Source of the DNA: Bifidobacterium breve
GTDB taxonomy: Bacteria > Bacteroidota > Bacteroidia > Flavobacteriales > Flavobacteriaceae
Length of the DNA stretch: 64,000 nucleotides
NCBI GenBank assembly: GCA_943323545.2
Contig: CALPIE020000001.1
Span: 4,347 to 68,346 of the forward strand
Direction: 5' to 3'
The position numbers and the translations under genes were made by a program. Within the stretch, counting starts at the first letter, position 1; the number at the start of each line of letters is the position of its first letter. The notes beneath the pieces were generated by a model. That model did no database searches. It was not told where the DNA came from and worked only from the letters and a program-made list of their open reading frames with translations. Of the stretch, positions 21,773-30,709 are shown piece after piece.

Positions 21773-22090
21773 CTAATCTTGAGCCTTAAACTGAATTTCT
21801 GTCAACAAAAAACCTTTTACTTTTTCCCACGTTTTTTCGTTTATCGAATAAGAAATGTTATTTCCGATGTCTTTTCCTTTAATTAATTTCACGCGTTTTA
21901 ATTCAGATAAGTGTTTTGAAACGGTAGATTGTGCCAAAGGCAAAACTTCTAAAAAATCGCCACAAACACATGATTTTGATTGCAACAATAGTTGTATAAT
22001 TTTCAGTCGAGCTGGATTTCCTAATGCTTTTAAAATATCGGCTGTTTCATTGATTTTAAAGGCAAAACCAAAAGTTTTTGTAATTCCCAT
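21773..22090 (-). CDS. ArsR/SmtB family transcriptional regulator
   Basis: KALGNPARLKI, SCVCGD, LAQSTVSKHL. Confidence 0.9.
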   Translation of the reverse strand: MGITKTFGFAFKINETADILKALGNPARLKIIQLLLQSKSCVCGDFLEVLPLAQSTVSKHLSELKRVKLIKGKDIGNNISYSINEKTWEKVKGFLLTEIQFKAQD

Positions 22091-22675
22091 ATCGCTATAA
22101 TATCATACTTTATTTAAATTAAAAAATTGGATTCATTCTTTGATTCCATATGCAATTAAGTAGCAGCTACTTTTTATCAATTACGTTTATCAAAAAATCA
22201 AATCGATACAAATCTACTAAAAGTTTGTAATAGTAAATAAAAGAAGTAAAAATTGCGCTGAATATAAAAGATAAACTAATTAAAATCAATTATATAGCTG
22301 AATAATATTTAGGTGCAATATCGCAATATAGTAATAACTAAAATGTAATGGCTATGTACAGTAAACAAATCAAATGGACTTTTTTATAAATTAGAAAAGT
22401 GAAAAAATAAAGGTAAAATCAAATAGTAATTGTTAATTACTTCTTCAGTTTTTTATCAAAAATTGTCTGAAAAGGTTAATTATAAAGGCATTTTCGAAAA
22501 AATGTGTGTCATTCATCGGCTTAATTCCCCATACATCTAATAGTTGAAAACTTGTAATTCAGAAAGAGGAATCATCAAATTTATTAAAGTATTTTAGACT
22601 CGGAATAACGATTTTTTAATTATTATTTCATTTAGTCCCCAAGACTATCGTATAATAAACTTAATTATCTGATGC

Positions 22676-23683
22676 TTGCCTCAATCAAACAGGGAAGTAT
22701 TGAATAAGATAACTTTTATTATCATTGATGACAATCAAAACAATGTTTTGAAAACAAAAGCAGTTGCTGAAAGTTTCCAAGGCCTTGAATTTGTTGCTTC
22801 TGCTGCCAACTATGATGATGGATTGGATTGTGTTTTAGAATACAAACCTGACATCGTTTTTTTAGGAATAAATCCAGAAAATAAATCGTCAGACATTTCA
22901 TTGCGATTAATTAATGAATTATATCGTTTTTTACCTCAAATTCCTAGAATAATTGTTACTGCTCTCAATGAGAATTTAGCTTACGAAGCCATAAAATACG
23001 GTGTTTTTGATTATTTAGTTCAGCCAATTCAACAGAAAGACATTCGCAAAACAATCGCCCGTTTAAACAGAGATTTAAATAGCGACACGTCTTTAACTTC
23101 CAATATTCTTTTCGAAGAAAAAGTAATTCAGCAAATCATCGATGCTCCGGAGGAAAATTATGCTGAAGAAGAAGAGATAGATATTCCACAAAACAAAACC
23201 GAAATCAGCGAAGATATTCCAGAAAAAATCGAAGATGAGGCAATTACAGTGGAAAATAAGTCAGAAAAAACGAATTTATCAGCAATCGAAGCCCATCATG
23301 AAGTTACATTTACTAACGGAAATTCCGCCACTAAACCACTTATTATTTGCGTAAAATCGTATGGCGATTATCGATATATCCATGCGACGGATATCTGTTA
23401 TCTCCAAGCCGATAACAATTCAACCGATATACATCTGAGTTCTGGCGAAATGATTACCGCTTTTAAAACGCTTAAACACTTTGAAGGCGTAATGAAATAT
23501 CCTTTTGTGCGAATCCACAATAGTTATATCGTCAACATCGATTTTGTATCACGTATTCACACTGGTAATGCGGTTTGTCATATAAAAGACACCACTACAA
23601 AACTCCCGTTTTCCAAATCCTACAAAGAAAACATTGACGCTATTATTGCTACTATTGCTTCCGGAAATTATTTAGAAATTTAG
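22676..23683 (+). CDS. LytTR-family regulator with atypical receiver domain and acidic linker
   Basis: N-terminal receiver (IIIDD; DIVFLGIN, Gly at the phospho-Asp position) and C-terminal LytTR (YLQADNN, FVRIHNSYIVN); start codon uncertain (TTG 22676 or 22700). Confidence 0.88.
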   Translation: MPQSNREVLNKITFIIIDDNQNNVLKTKAVAESFQGLEFVASAANYDDGLDCVLEYKPDIVFLGINPENKSSDISLRLINELYRFLPQIPRIIVTALNENLAYEAIKYGVFDYLVQPIQQKDIRKTIARLNRDLNSDTSLTSNILFEEKVIQQIIDAPEENYAEEEEIDIPQNKTEISEDIPEKIEDEAITVENKSEKTNLSAIEAHHEVTFTNGNSATKPLIICVKSYGDYRYIHATDICYLQADNNSTDIHLSSGEMITAFKTLKHFEGVMKYPFVRIHNSYIVNIDFVSRIHTGNAVCHIKDTTTKLPFSKSYKENIDAIIATIASGNYLEI

Positions 23684-23725
23684 TGCGTTTTTTGTTTTTG
23701 AAATAAATTTTCATAGTTTCACATT

Positions 23726-24397
23726 ATGGAAAACAAATCAGTAAACATTCTAATGGTTGATGATCATACGCCTATTATTGAAGGATACAAATCAATTTTG
23801 TCCTATAATAAGTCGGGGTTTTCCATAATCACAAAAGAAGCAAATGACTGTGAATCAGCATACAAAATAATAACAAATCCGAGTAATGCTATTCTTTTTG
23901 ATTTGGTTTTTATTGATGTTACGTTGCCGCCATTTATCGAAAAAAATATTCACTCCGGAGAAGATTTGGTTCCCTTTATAAAAGAAAATTTACCAAATGC
24001 AAAGATTGTTATTCTTACTTCACACACCGAATCGTTGGTTTTATTTCGCATTCTAGACAACTGTAAACCAGATGGTTTATTGGTGAAAAGTGATTTTTCA
24101 TCCGAAGAGTTTTTAGTTGTTTTTGATACTATTTTGAGCGGCGAAAAGTACTACAGTAAAACCGTTTTAAAACACAGTAAAGACGTTTTAGAAAATCGTA
24201 AATTTTTAGATCATTACAACATTCAAATCATCATTTTGCTTTCTCAAGGCATTAAAACAAAGAACCTTCACGAACATTTGCATCTTTCTGTAAGTGCTAT
24301 CGATAAAAGAAAAGCGGTAATAAAAATATTTTTCGGCATCGAAAAAGGAACCGATGAAGACATACTTCGCGAAGCCAGAAAACAAGGATTCATTTAA
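23726..24397 (+). CDS. Response regulator, receiver + LuxR/NarL-like HTH
   Basis: MVDDH, DLVFIDV, C-terminal LSQG..LHLSVSAIDKRK. Confidence 0.9.
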   Translation: MENKSVNILMVDDHTPIIEGYKSILSYNKSGFSIITKEANDCESAYKIITNPSNAILFDLVFIDVTLPPFIEKNIHSGEDLVPFIKENLPNAKIVILTSHTESLVLFRILDNCKPDGLLVKSDFSSEEFLVVFDTILSGEKYYSKTVLKHSKDVLENRKFLDHYNIQIIILLSQGIKTKNLHEHLHLSVSAIDKRKAVIKIFFGIEKGTDEDILREARKQGFI

Positions 24398-24423
24398 AAC
24401 ATTTTCTTATCAAGTATTTTTTT

Positions 24424-24570
24424 TGGCGTTCCCCGATAGATAAAAATAAGTTGATAAACGTAGTTTTTACAAATCGGGGCCGGGCTTTTCGCTACAATCT
24501 TTTTTGCTCCGCCAGTTCGCTTCGCTCGTGCCGTTCCTCAAAAAGGATTTCCACTGCAATCCCTAACGCA
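24424..24570 (+). repeat. Structured intergenic repeat family A, copy 2
   Basis: TGGCGTTCCCC...GGGCTTTTCGCTACAATCTTTT...AAAAGGATTTCCACTGCAATCCCTAACGCA. Confidence 0.8.
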
Positions 24571-24593
24571 AACCTGTTTTTAAATAAAAAATA

Positions 24594-24638
24594 TACAGAA
24601 AAACTGTAATTTTTATTTTATACACTTCTTTAATTTTA
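24594..24638 (+). promoter_or_regulatory. Palindromic operator TACAG-N5-CTGTA with downstream -7-like box, copy 1
   Basis: 24-bp identity with 25386-25409; TAATTTTA begins 37 bp after the palindrome start. Confidence 0.65.
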
Positions 24639-24717
24639 CTTCAATAACAAAATAAAATATATAATCCTGCCAATTTGTTTTCGACGACACAAACCAGGAT
24701 TGCAATAATTAAAAATT

Positions 24718-25380
24718 ATGAAAAACTTTTCATTTGGCGCTATAGTCATACTTCTTTTATTTGGTACAAATTCCCTTAGCCAAACCACAATAAAAGAACA
24801 ATTAAAGACCTTAGAACAAAGCGTCGCTGCCACAAAACCAAACACGTATGTCTTTAACGTTGAAAGACAAAAAAGTGTGAGTATCTATGATTCTATAGGA
24901 TTAAAAGCCTGTCAATGTTTAGATTCTTTAATCGCATTTGTTGCAACCCAAAAGCAAATGGCTGCTGCCACTTTCGATCTTAATGTAAAACCCTATCTAG
25001 AAAAAAAGCTACTCGAAAGGAATATGGAAACACTTGATTTCTCTGATGAAGAAGACCTTATATATGAAAGTTTTATAAACGTATTGAATTATAACAATGC
25101 TATACCTACTGTACAATTATATGAAGATTTCATTGTAAAAAATTACAAAAATCAGGTGCTAATGTCAAATATCTTAACGGTTCTATCCTATATCAAACAT
25201 ACTTGTTTTTATTTATCGAATGAAGTTAGTGATCCGACTTTTAAATATACTATCCATTGTTTTAGAGAAGATGTATTATCATATAACGTTTTCAATTGGA
25301 AGGTTTTTGCGATACATCCAGGTGCAATGTTAATTTGGTCGATAGCAGCTTGTGCCTGGGATGCTAAATTTGAAAAGTAA
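24718..25380 (+). CDS. Exported hypothetical protein with hydrophobic Cys/Trp-containing C-terminus
   Basis: Signal peptide; C-terminal C...NWKVFAIHPGAMLIWSIAACAWD. Confidence 0.7.
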   Translation: MKNFSFGAIVILLLFGTNSLSQTTIKEQLKTLEQSVAATKPNTYVFNVERQKSVSIYDSIGLKACQCLDSLIAFVATQKQMAAATFDLNVKPYLEKKLLERNMETLDFSDEEDLIYESFINVLNYNNAIPTVQLYEDFIVKNYKNQVLMSNILTVLSYIKHTCFYLSNEVSDPTFKYTIHCFREDVLSYNVFNWKVFAIHPGAMLIWSIAACAWDAKFEK

Positions 25381-25385
25381 AAATG

Positions 25386-25430
25386 TACAGAAAAACTGTA
25401 ATTTTTATTGTAACCGACTTTTTAAATTTA
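25386..25430 (+). promoter_or_regulatory. Palindromic operator TACAG-N5-CTGTA with downstream -7-like box, copy 2
   Basis: TACAGAAAAACTGTAATTTTTATT; TAAATTTA at the same 37-bp offset. Confidence 0.65.
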
Positions 25431-25544
25431 CCAAATCATAATAAAAAGTTTTTAAAATAGAAACATAGCCGAATACACGCCAAAATTTGAATTTCGATTT
25501 CATCTAGCGCTATGTTTCTATTTGTTATCTTAAAATACTTAAAA

Positions 25545-25814
25545 ATGAAAACAAGTAACAACAATAGAATTCAAATTTTAGAATTTTTGCCACTTATTTT
25601 AATAGTCATTTATAAAATGGCAATTCAAACCAATGCAAGTATAAATCATCAAGATAAAATGATTGTGATGTATGTTTTTATTGCCATTTCTACAGTAGTG
25701 TTTGGCTATTTATTAATGAGAGACAAAAACACAAATGCTAAAAGTATTGTAAGTATTGTTATACTAGTTTCCTTAATAATAGTTTCTTGTTTTCTTTTTT
25801 ACTATAAAAAATAA
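25545..25814 (+). CDS. Small 3-TM membrane protein
   Basis: Three hydrophobic segments and a basic C-terminus; ATG 25545 in AT-rich context (alternative start 25512). Confidence 0.65.
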   Translation: MKTSNNNRIQILEFLPLILIVIYKMAIQTNASINHQDKMIVMYVFIAISTVVFGYLLMRDKNTNAKSIVSIVILVSLIIVSCFLFYYKK

Positions 25815-25877
25815 AGTAGTTAAAATTATATATTTATAGCTGTAAAAAATTGTTGAAAGTGATAACATATAAACACA

Positions 25878-27911
25878 ATGATTAAAACTTCGAAATATTT
25901 CTTTTTGATTCTGACACTAATGTTTTTTAGTTGCAACAAAAAAGCCAACTCAAACTTAGATGAAGCCAACAACGATTCGATTGCTAAATATTTGAAATTG
26001 GCGGGGAATGATTCGTTGGCTTTTCCGCTTCGTGATAAATACAATCAGAAGGCATTTTCGTTGATTGATTTGGGAAGGAATGATACGGTGGTGAGATGGT
26101 ATTTATGTCAAGCGGCTATTAATTTTAGTATAACAAAAAATAAATCACAGTATTATAAAATAAGTAAACTACATTTTAATAAATCAAAGGAAGCAAAAGA
26201 TACTCTTAATTTAGCAAGGTATTATAGGTATCGAGGGGGTTATTTTAAAAATAATACCAAACAGTTTGATAGTATGTTTTATTATTATACTAAAGCTGAA
26301 AAATTTTATAAAAGAACAGTTGATTATGAAGGATTATCAAGAGTTTACTTATTTAAAGGACATGCTCAATTTAATATTGATGACTATTTAGGCGCTGAAC
26401 TTTCAACTAATCAAGCGTTTAATATTATAAAAAAAAGAAAAGAAGATAGATTTACATATAGCGTGTTAAATCAATTGGGTAACATTGCCCACAATTTAAG
26501 ACATTATAATCATGCTATTAAGTTTCATGAAGAATCATTAAAATTAGCGAAAAGATTAAACTTGTCTGCAAGATTATATAACATGGATTTTATTAAAACT
26601 AGTTTAAATAATATTGGAAATTCTTATAAGGAGCAAAAAAAATATAGAAAGGCAATATATTATTTTGAGAAAGCTCTTTCAGATAAGAAAGAAATTAATG
26701 AAGATATATTAACTTATGCTTATTTATTTACGAATATTGGTTATTCAAAAATGCAATTAAAAGAATATTCTCAATTACCAAATTTATTTGAAAAAGCTAT
26801 AAAAATTTATGATAGTTTAGATATTAAAAATGAGTGTTCTTTGAGTTATGTGTATTTATCTGATTATTATTTTAGAATAAAAGACACTTCAAAAGCCATT
26901 TCCTATTCTGAAAAAGCATTACAAATTGCTAAAGAGTCAAAAGCACCTTATTACTATTTAATTGCATTAAGTCATGCTGGTTTTGTAAATAAATCAAAAG
27001 CTTCAAAATATATCAAAGAATACCACGAAAAGAATGATAGCATTCAATTTGAACAACGAAAAGTTCGCAATCAATTCTATAAAATCCAACTTGAAACCGA
27101 TGAAATTACCCAAGAAAAAGAGGCCGCAATAAAACAAAAGTGGGTGCTTTCCTCAACAATAGCGGGAATTCTGCTTATCGTAATATTGCTATTTATAATT
27201 CACAGACAACGCGCCAAACAAAAGGAGCTACAATTATTGCAGCTACAGCAAAAAGGCAATGAAGAAATTTACCATCTTATGCTCAACCAACAAGCAAAAG
27301 TAGAGGAAGCGCGCCAAATAGAAAAAAAACGCATCGCTTTAGAACTCCACGACGGAATTATGAACAAATTAGCCAGTACCCGACTCAATTTGTTTGTACT
27401 GTCTAAGAAAAATGATCCAGAAACCATCAATAAATGCTTGACTTATATTGAAGACATTCATCATATCGAAAACGAAATACGTAATGTGTCACACGAGCTA
27501 AATCAGGAACTCTTTACCGAAAAAGACAGTTTTAAAACACTTTTAAAGCAGTTTGTTGCCGAACAAAACAGTCATTTGAAAACCAATTACGAACTTCAAA
27601 TAGATAAAAACATCAATTGGGAGTTGATTTCTAGCGAAATAAAAATGCATTTGTACCGCATTATTCAAGAAGCTATAAACAATAGTAACAAACATGCAAA
27701 AGCTACAAAAGTGATTATTTGTATTACTATGGATGAAAACCAACTTTGTATGTCGATAACAGACAACGGAATTGGTTTCGATTCCCAAAAAACAAAAGAA
27801 GGCATTGGGTTATTAAACATACAACAACGCATTCACTCTTTAAACGGAACGCTTTCTATCGAATCAAAAGTAAAAAAGGGTACAGTTATTTATTTAAAAA
27901 TCCCATTTTAA
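25878..27911 (+). CDS. TPR-repeat sensor histidine kinase (HisKA_3 + HATPase_c) 1
   Basis: Lipobox-like FFSC, TPR repeats (LNQLGNI, LNNIGNSY), one TM, ELHDG H-box, QEAINN..KHA, DNGIGF, GIGL. Confidence 0.92.
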   Translation: MIKTSKYFFLILTLMFFSCNKKANSNLDEANNDSIAKYLKLAGNDSLAFPLRDKYNQKAFSLIDLGRNDTVVRWYLCQAAINFSITKNKSQYYKISKLHFNKSKEAKDTLNLARYYRYRGGYFKNNTKQFDSMFYYYTKAEKFYKRTVDYEGLSRVYLFKGHAQFNIDDYLGAELSTNQAFNIIKKRKEDRFTYSVLNQLGNIAHNLRHYNHAIKFHEESLKLAKRLNLSARLYNMDFIKTSLNNIGNSYKEQKKYRKAIYYFEKALSDKKEINEDILTYAYLFTNIGYSKMQLKEYSQLPNLFEKAIKIYDSLDIKNECSLSYVYLSDYYFRIKDTSKAISYSEKALQIAKESKAPYYYLIALSHAGFVNKSKASKYIKEYHEKNDSIQFEQRKVRNQFYKIQLETDEITQEKEAAIKQKWVLSSTIAGILLIVILLFIIHRQRAKQKELQLLQLQQKGNEEIYHLMLNQQAKVEEARQIEKKRIALELHDGIMNKLASTRLNLFVLSKKNDPETINKCLTYIEDIHHIENEIRNVSHELNQELFTEKDSFKTLLKQFVAEQNSHLKTNYELQIDKNINWELISSEIKMHLYRIIQEAINNSNKHAKATKVIICITMDENQLCMSITDNGIGFDSQKTKEGIGLLNIQQRIHSLNGTLSIESKVKKGTVIYLKIPF

Positions 27912-28133
27912 TTCCTTAATCAAACTTTTATACTTAAAGGATTCATTGATTTTGTTCTATTGAGTCTGTAGGTTTCTACTACTTCTTCATTCACAACTCC
28001 AAGATTATCTACAACAATCATCGACCAACTACACTTTTATTAAATAATTTATTTTTAAAATGTTGATTTTCAATATTTTAAGTTTATGAATTTTCTTTTT
28101 ATACTCCGAAAAACCACTTGGTTTTATAAATTG

Positions 28134-28184
28134 TTCATTCACCCTAATTTGCTATTCATTCACTCACAAACGGCGTTCATCTAC
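28134..28184 (+). promoter_or_regulatory. Three 9-bp direct repeats at 21-bp period (putative LytTR binding sites)
   Basis: TTCATTCAC 28134, TTCATTCAC 28155, TTCATCTAC 28176; a further TTCATTCAC at 27986. Confidence 0.7.
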
Positions 28185-28227
28185 CATATACACTATAAAG
28201 TATATCAATAGAACTCCAATGCTATAG

Positions 28228-28235
28228 TAGATTTG
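28228..28235 (+). promoter_or_regulatory. -7 box of the peptide-gene promoter
   Basis: TAGATTTG matches TAnnTTTG; no TTTG at the expected -33 position. Confidence 0.6.
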
Positions 28236-28321
28236 TCGAGTAAAAGCCTCAAAGAGTTGATGGCAAATCAAATGGCTTTTCTAAAATTAAAGTATAACAA
28301 AAAATATAAAACTTAGAAATT

Positions 28322-28564
28322 ATGAAAAAATCGTTATTAATAATCGGATTGTTCTCTTTAATGATGGTGTTGACATCATTTACGTCTCCTAATGAGACTG
28401 GAGGGAATAAAACAATAGGTGAATTTACAACAGGTGGTAATAAAACAGTAGGTGAATTTACAACTGGAGGTAATAAAACAATAGGTGAATTTACAACTGG
28501 AGGTAATAAAACAATAGGTGAGTTTACATACGAAACAGGTGGAAATAAAACTATAGGAGAATAA
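28322..28564 (+). CDS. Small secreted multi-core peptide precursor (5x TGGNKT[I/V]GE)
   Basis: Sec-type signal peptide, synonymous variation among the 33-bp repeats, own promoter and terminator. Confidence 0.85.
   Translation: MKKSLLIIGLFSLMMVLTSFTSPNETGGNKTIGEFTTGGNKTVGEFTTGGNKTIGEFTTGGNKTIGEFTYETGGNKTIGE
28397..28561 (+). repeat. Coding 33-bp tandem repeat, 5 units
   Basis: AC(T/A)GG(A/T)GGnAATAAAAC(A/T)(A/G)TAGGnGA units; one 6-bp insertion before the last unit. Confidence 0.9.
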
Positions 28565-28588
28565 TAAATTTAATTTTTTATATAATTG

Positions 28589-28621
28589 AAAAGCTGTTGT
28601 ATTTACAACAGCTTTTTTTTT
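28589..28621 (+). terminator. Terminator after the peptide gene
   Basis: AAAAGCTGTTGTA-tt-TACAACAGCTTTT plus T run. Confidence 0.88.
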
Positions 28622-28658
28622 GTCAAAAAAACACTATTTTTGAAAAAAAATAAAATTT

Positions 28659-30704
28659 TTGAGAAAATATAATTTCATATTAATATTTTTTTTCTTATTC
28701 GGATGTAAAGAAAATAAGAAACAAATAAAAATATTAAATGTTACACATGATAGCATTTCATATTTTCTTGATAGGGCAAATAGAAATTTAGAAAAAGATA
28801 TCAATAAAAGTTATGTTTTTTATAAAAAAGCTTTAAAATATTCTGATGAAATTACAAATGATTCCCTTAGTAGAGATTGTCTTTTTAAAATAAATTATGG
28901 CTTTTATAAACTAAAAAAGTGGGAAGATTTTAAAGAATCCTCTAAAATCTTACTAGAATATTCAATAGAAAGTAAAGATACTTTCCATATTGCACAAGTA
29001 TACAGATATAAAGGTAATTATTATAAAAACACATCTTTAAATGATAGTGCTTTTTATTATTATATAAAAGCTGAAAAATTATTTGATAAAATCAATGATA
29101 AAATCAATTTAGCAAATATTTTAACTAATAAAAGTGTTGTTCAATACAATACTGGAAATTATAATAGTGCAGATAAAACATTAACCCAATCATATTTTTT
29201 ATTAAAAAATTCAGAAGATAAAAATAAATTTTTTGAATGTTTAATCATGATGGGTGTAATTTCAAATGAAACAAAAAATTATGAACAGGCAATTGAATAT
29301 TACAATAAAGCATTAACAATTGTTAGGGAAAATAAAATAAAAACATCAATATTTGAAGAAGCTACGACATTAAATAATTTAGGTTATAATTATCAAAAAA
29401 TTGAGAATTATAATGAAGCAATAAAAAATTATAATTTAGCTTTAAAAGATAAAGAATTGGAAAATTCTTTGCCAGATTTATATAGCCTTCTAATTGATAA
29501 TCTTGCATATTCTAAATTTAAAATTAGAGACTTTAACAACATTCCAGATTTATTTTATAAAGGCTTAAGAATTAGAGAAAAAATAAATTCACCAACATTA
29601 ATTATTTTAAGTAAAATACATTTATCGGAGTATTATTTTGATAAAAAAGATTTAATATTATCTAAAAAGTTTGCAAATGAAGCTTTAAGACTATCTAAAG
29701 AAACTAAAAACACAAGAGATGTTTTAGCATCTTTAAAACAGGCTTCTAATGTTGATGCTGTTAATTCTTCAAAATTATCTAAGGATTATATTCGAATTAG
29801 TGACAGTATTAATGAAGTTGAAAGAAAGTCACAAGAAAAATTTGCCCGTCTTGAACTCGAAACGGAAGAAATTAAAGAGGAAAATACTCAACTATCTCAA
29901 AAAAATAGGACAATTCTAAATTACTTTATTAGCGCAATAATAATTGGAGGATTTTTATTTTTTGCGAGAACACAGCGATCACGATCAAGAGAATTAACAC
30001 TCAAACAATCCCAACAACAAGCCAATGAAGAAATATACCGACTTATCATTTCCCACCAAAATCAGCTTGAAGAAGGTAGAGATTTAGAAAAAAAACGACT
30101 CTCAAAAGAATTACACGACGGGGTTCTTGGCCGTTTGTTTGGACTTCGTCTCAACCTAGACGGTTTAAACAATAGCGATGATGAAATTTCAAAGCAACAA
30201 CGATTGGATTATCTTAACGAGCTGCAACTTATAGAGCAAGATCTTCGCGATATTTCGCATGAGTTAAACAGAGAGAACTTGGTGTTAATAAATAACTTCG
30301 TTGCCATCATCAATAACTTATTAGAACAACAAGCTAAAATAAATCCTGCCAAAATAAAAGCGATTATAGCTGACGATATCGATTGGGAAATATTGCCCAA
30401 CACTGCTAAAATTAATTTGTACCGAATTCTACAAGAAGCGCTGCAAAATATTAATAAACACGCTGAAGCTAAGAATATTTTAATCCATTTTAGAAAAGAT
30501 AAAAAAGGGAATTTGCTCTTTAATATTGAAGACGATGGGAAAGGTTATGATTTGAATAGCAAAAAAAGCAAAGGAATCGGAATGAAAAATATAGTGTCGA
30601 GAACACAACAATGTAATGGAATTATAGATATTAAATCGGAAATAGGAAAAGGTTCAAAAATTATTATTACTTTTCCACTCGAAAATAAAACCATAAAAGT
30701 TTAA
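28659..30704 (+). CDS. TPR-repeat sensor histidine kinase (HisKA_3 + HATPase_c) 2
   Basis: TTG start, lipobox-like LFGC, TPR repeats, TM, ELHDG H-box, QEALQNINKHA, DDGKG, GIGM. Confidence 0.92.
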   Translation: MRKYNFILIFFFLFGCKENKKQIKILNVTHDSISYFLDRANRNLEKDINKSYVFYKKALKYSDEITNDSLSRDCLFKINYGFYKLKKWEDFKESSKILLEYSIESKDTFHIAQVYRYKGNYYKNTSLNDSAFYYYIKAEKLFDKINDKINLANILTNKSVVQYNTGNYNSADKTLTQSYFLLKNSEDKNKFFECLIMMGVISNETKNYEQAIEYYNKALTIVRENKIKTSIFEEATTLNNLGYNYQKIENYNEAIKNYNLALKDKELENSLPDLYSLLIDNLAYSKFKIRDFNNIPDLFYKGLRIREKINSPTLIILSKIHLSEYYFDKKDLILSKKFANEALRLSKETKNTRDVLASLKQASNVDAVNSSKLSKDYIRISDSINEVERKSQEKFARLELETEEIKEENTQLSQKNRTILNYFISAIIIGGFLFFARTQRSRSRELTLKQSQQQANEEIYRLIISHQNQLEEGRDLEKKRLSKELHDGVLGRLFGLRLNLDGLNNSDDEISKQQRLDYLNELQLIEQDLRDISHELNRENLVLINNFVAIINNLLEQQAKINPAKIKAIIADDIDWEILPNTAKINLYRILQEALQNINKHAEAKNILIHFRKDKKGNLLFNIEDDGKGYDLNSKKSKGIGMKNIVSRTQQCNGIIDIKSEIGKGSKIIITFPLENKTIKV

Positions 30705-30709
30705 CAACA

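Noticed and set aside
22511-22540. LytTR boxes upstream of the LytTR gene (ATTCATCGG / ATACATCTA)
   Set aside because: Only two degenerate copies at 20-bp spacing; too weak to call.
27968-27979. GTAG-N4-CTAC palindrome downstream of HK1
   Set aside because: Short, single, and different from the TACAG-N5-CTGTA operator; may be chance.
28397-28561. 33-bp repeats as a mini CRISPR array
   Set aside because: Units are contiguous with no unique spacers, stay in frame, vary at synonymous positions, and no cas genes are present.
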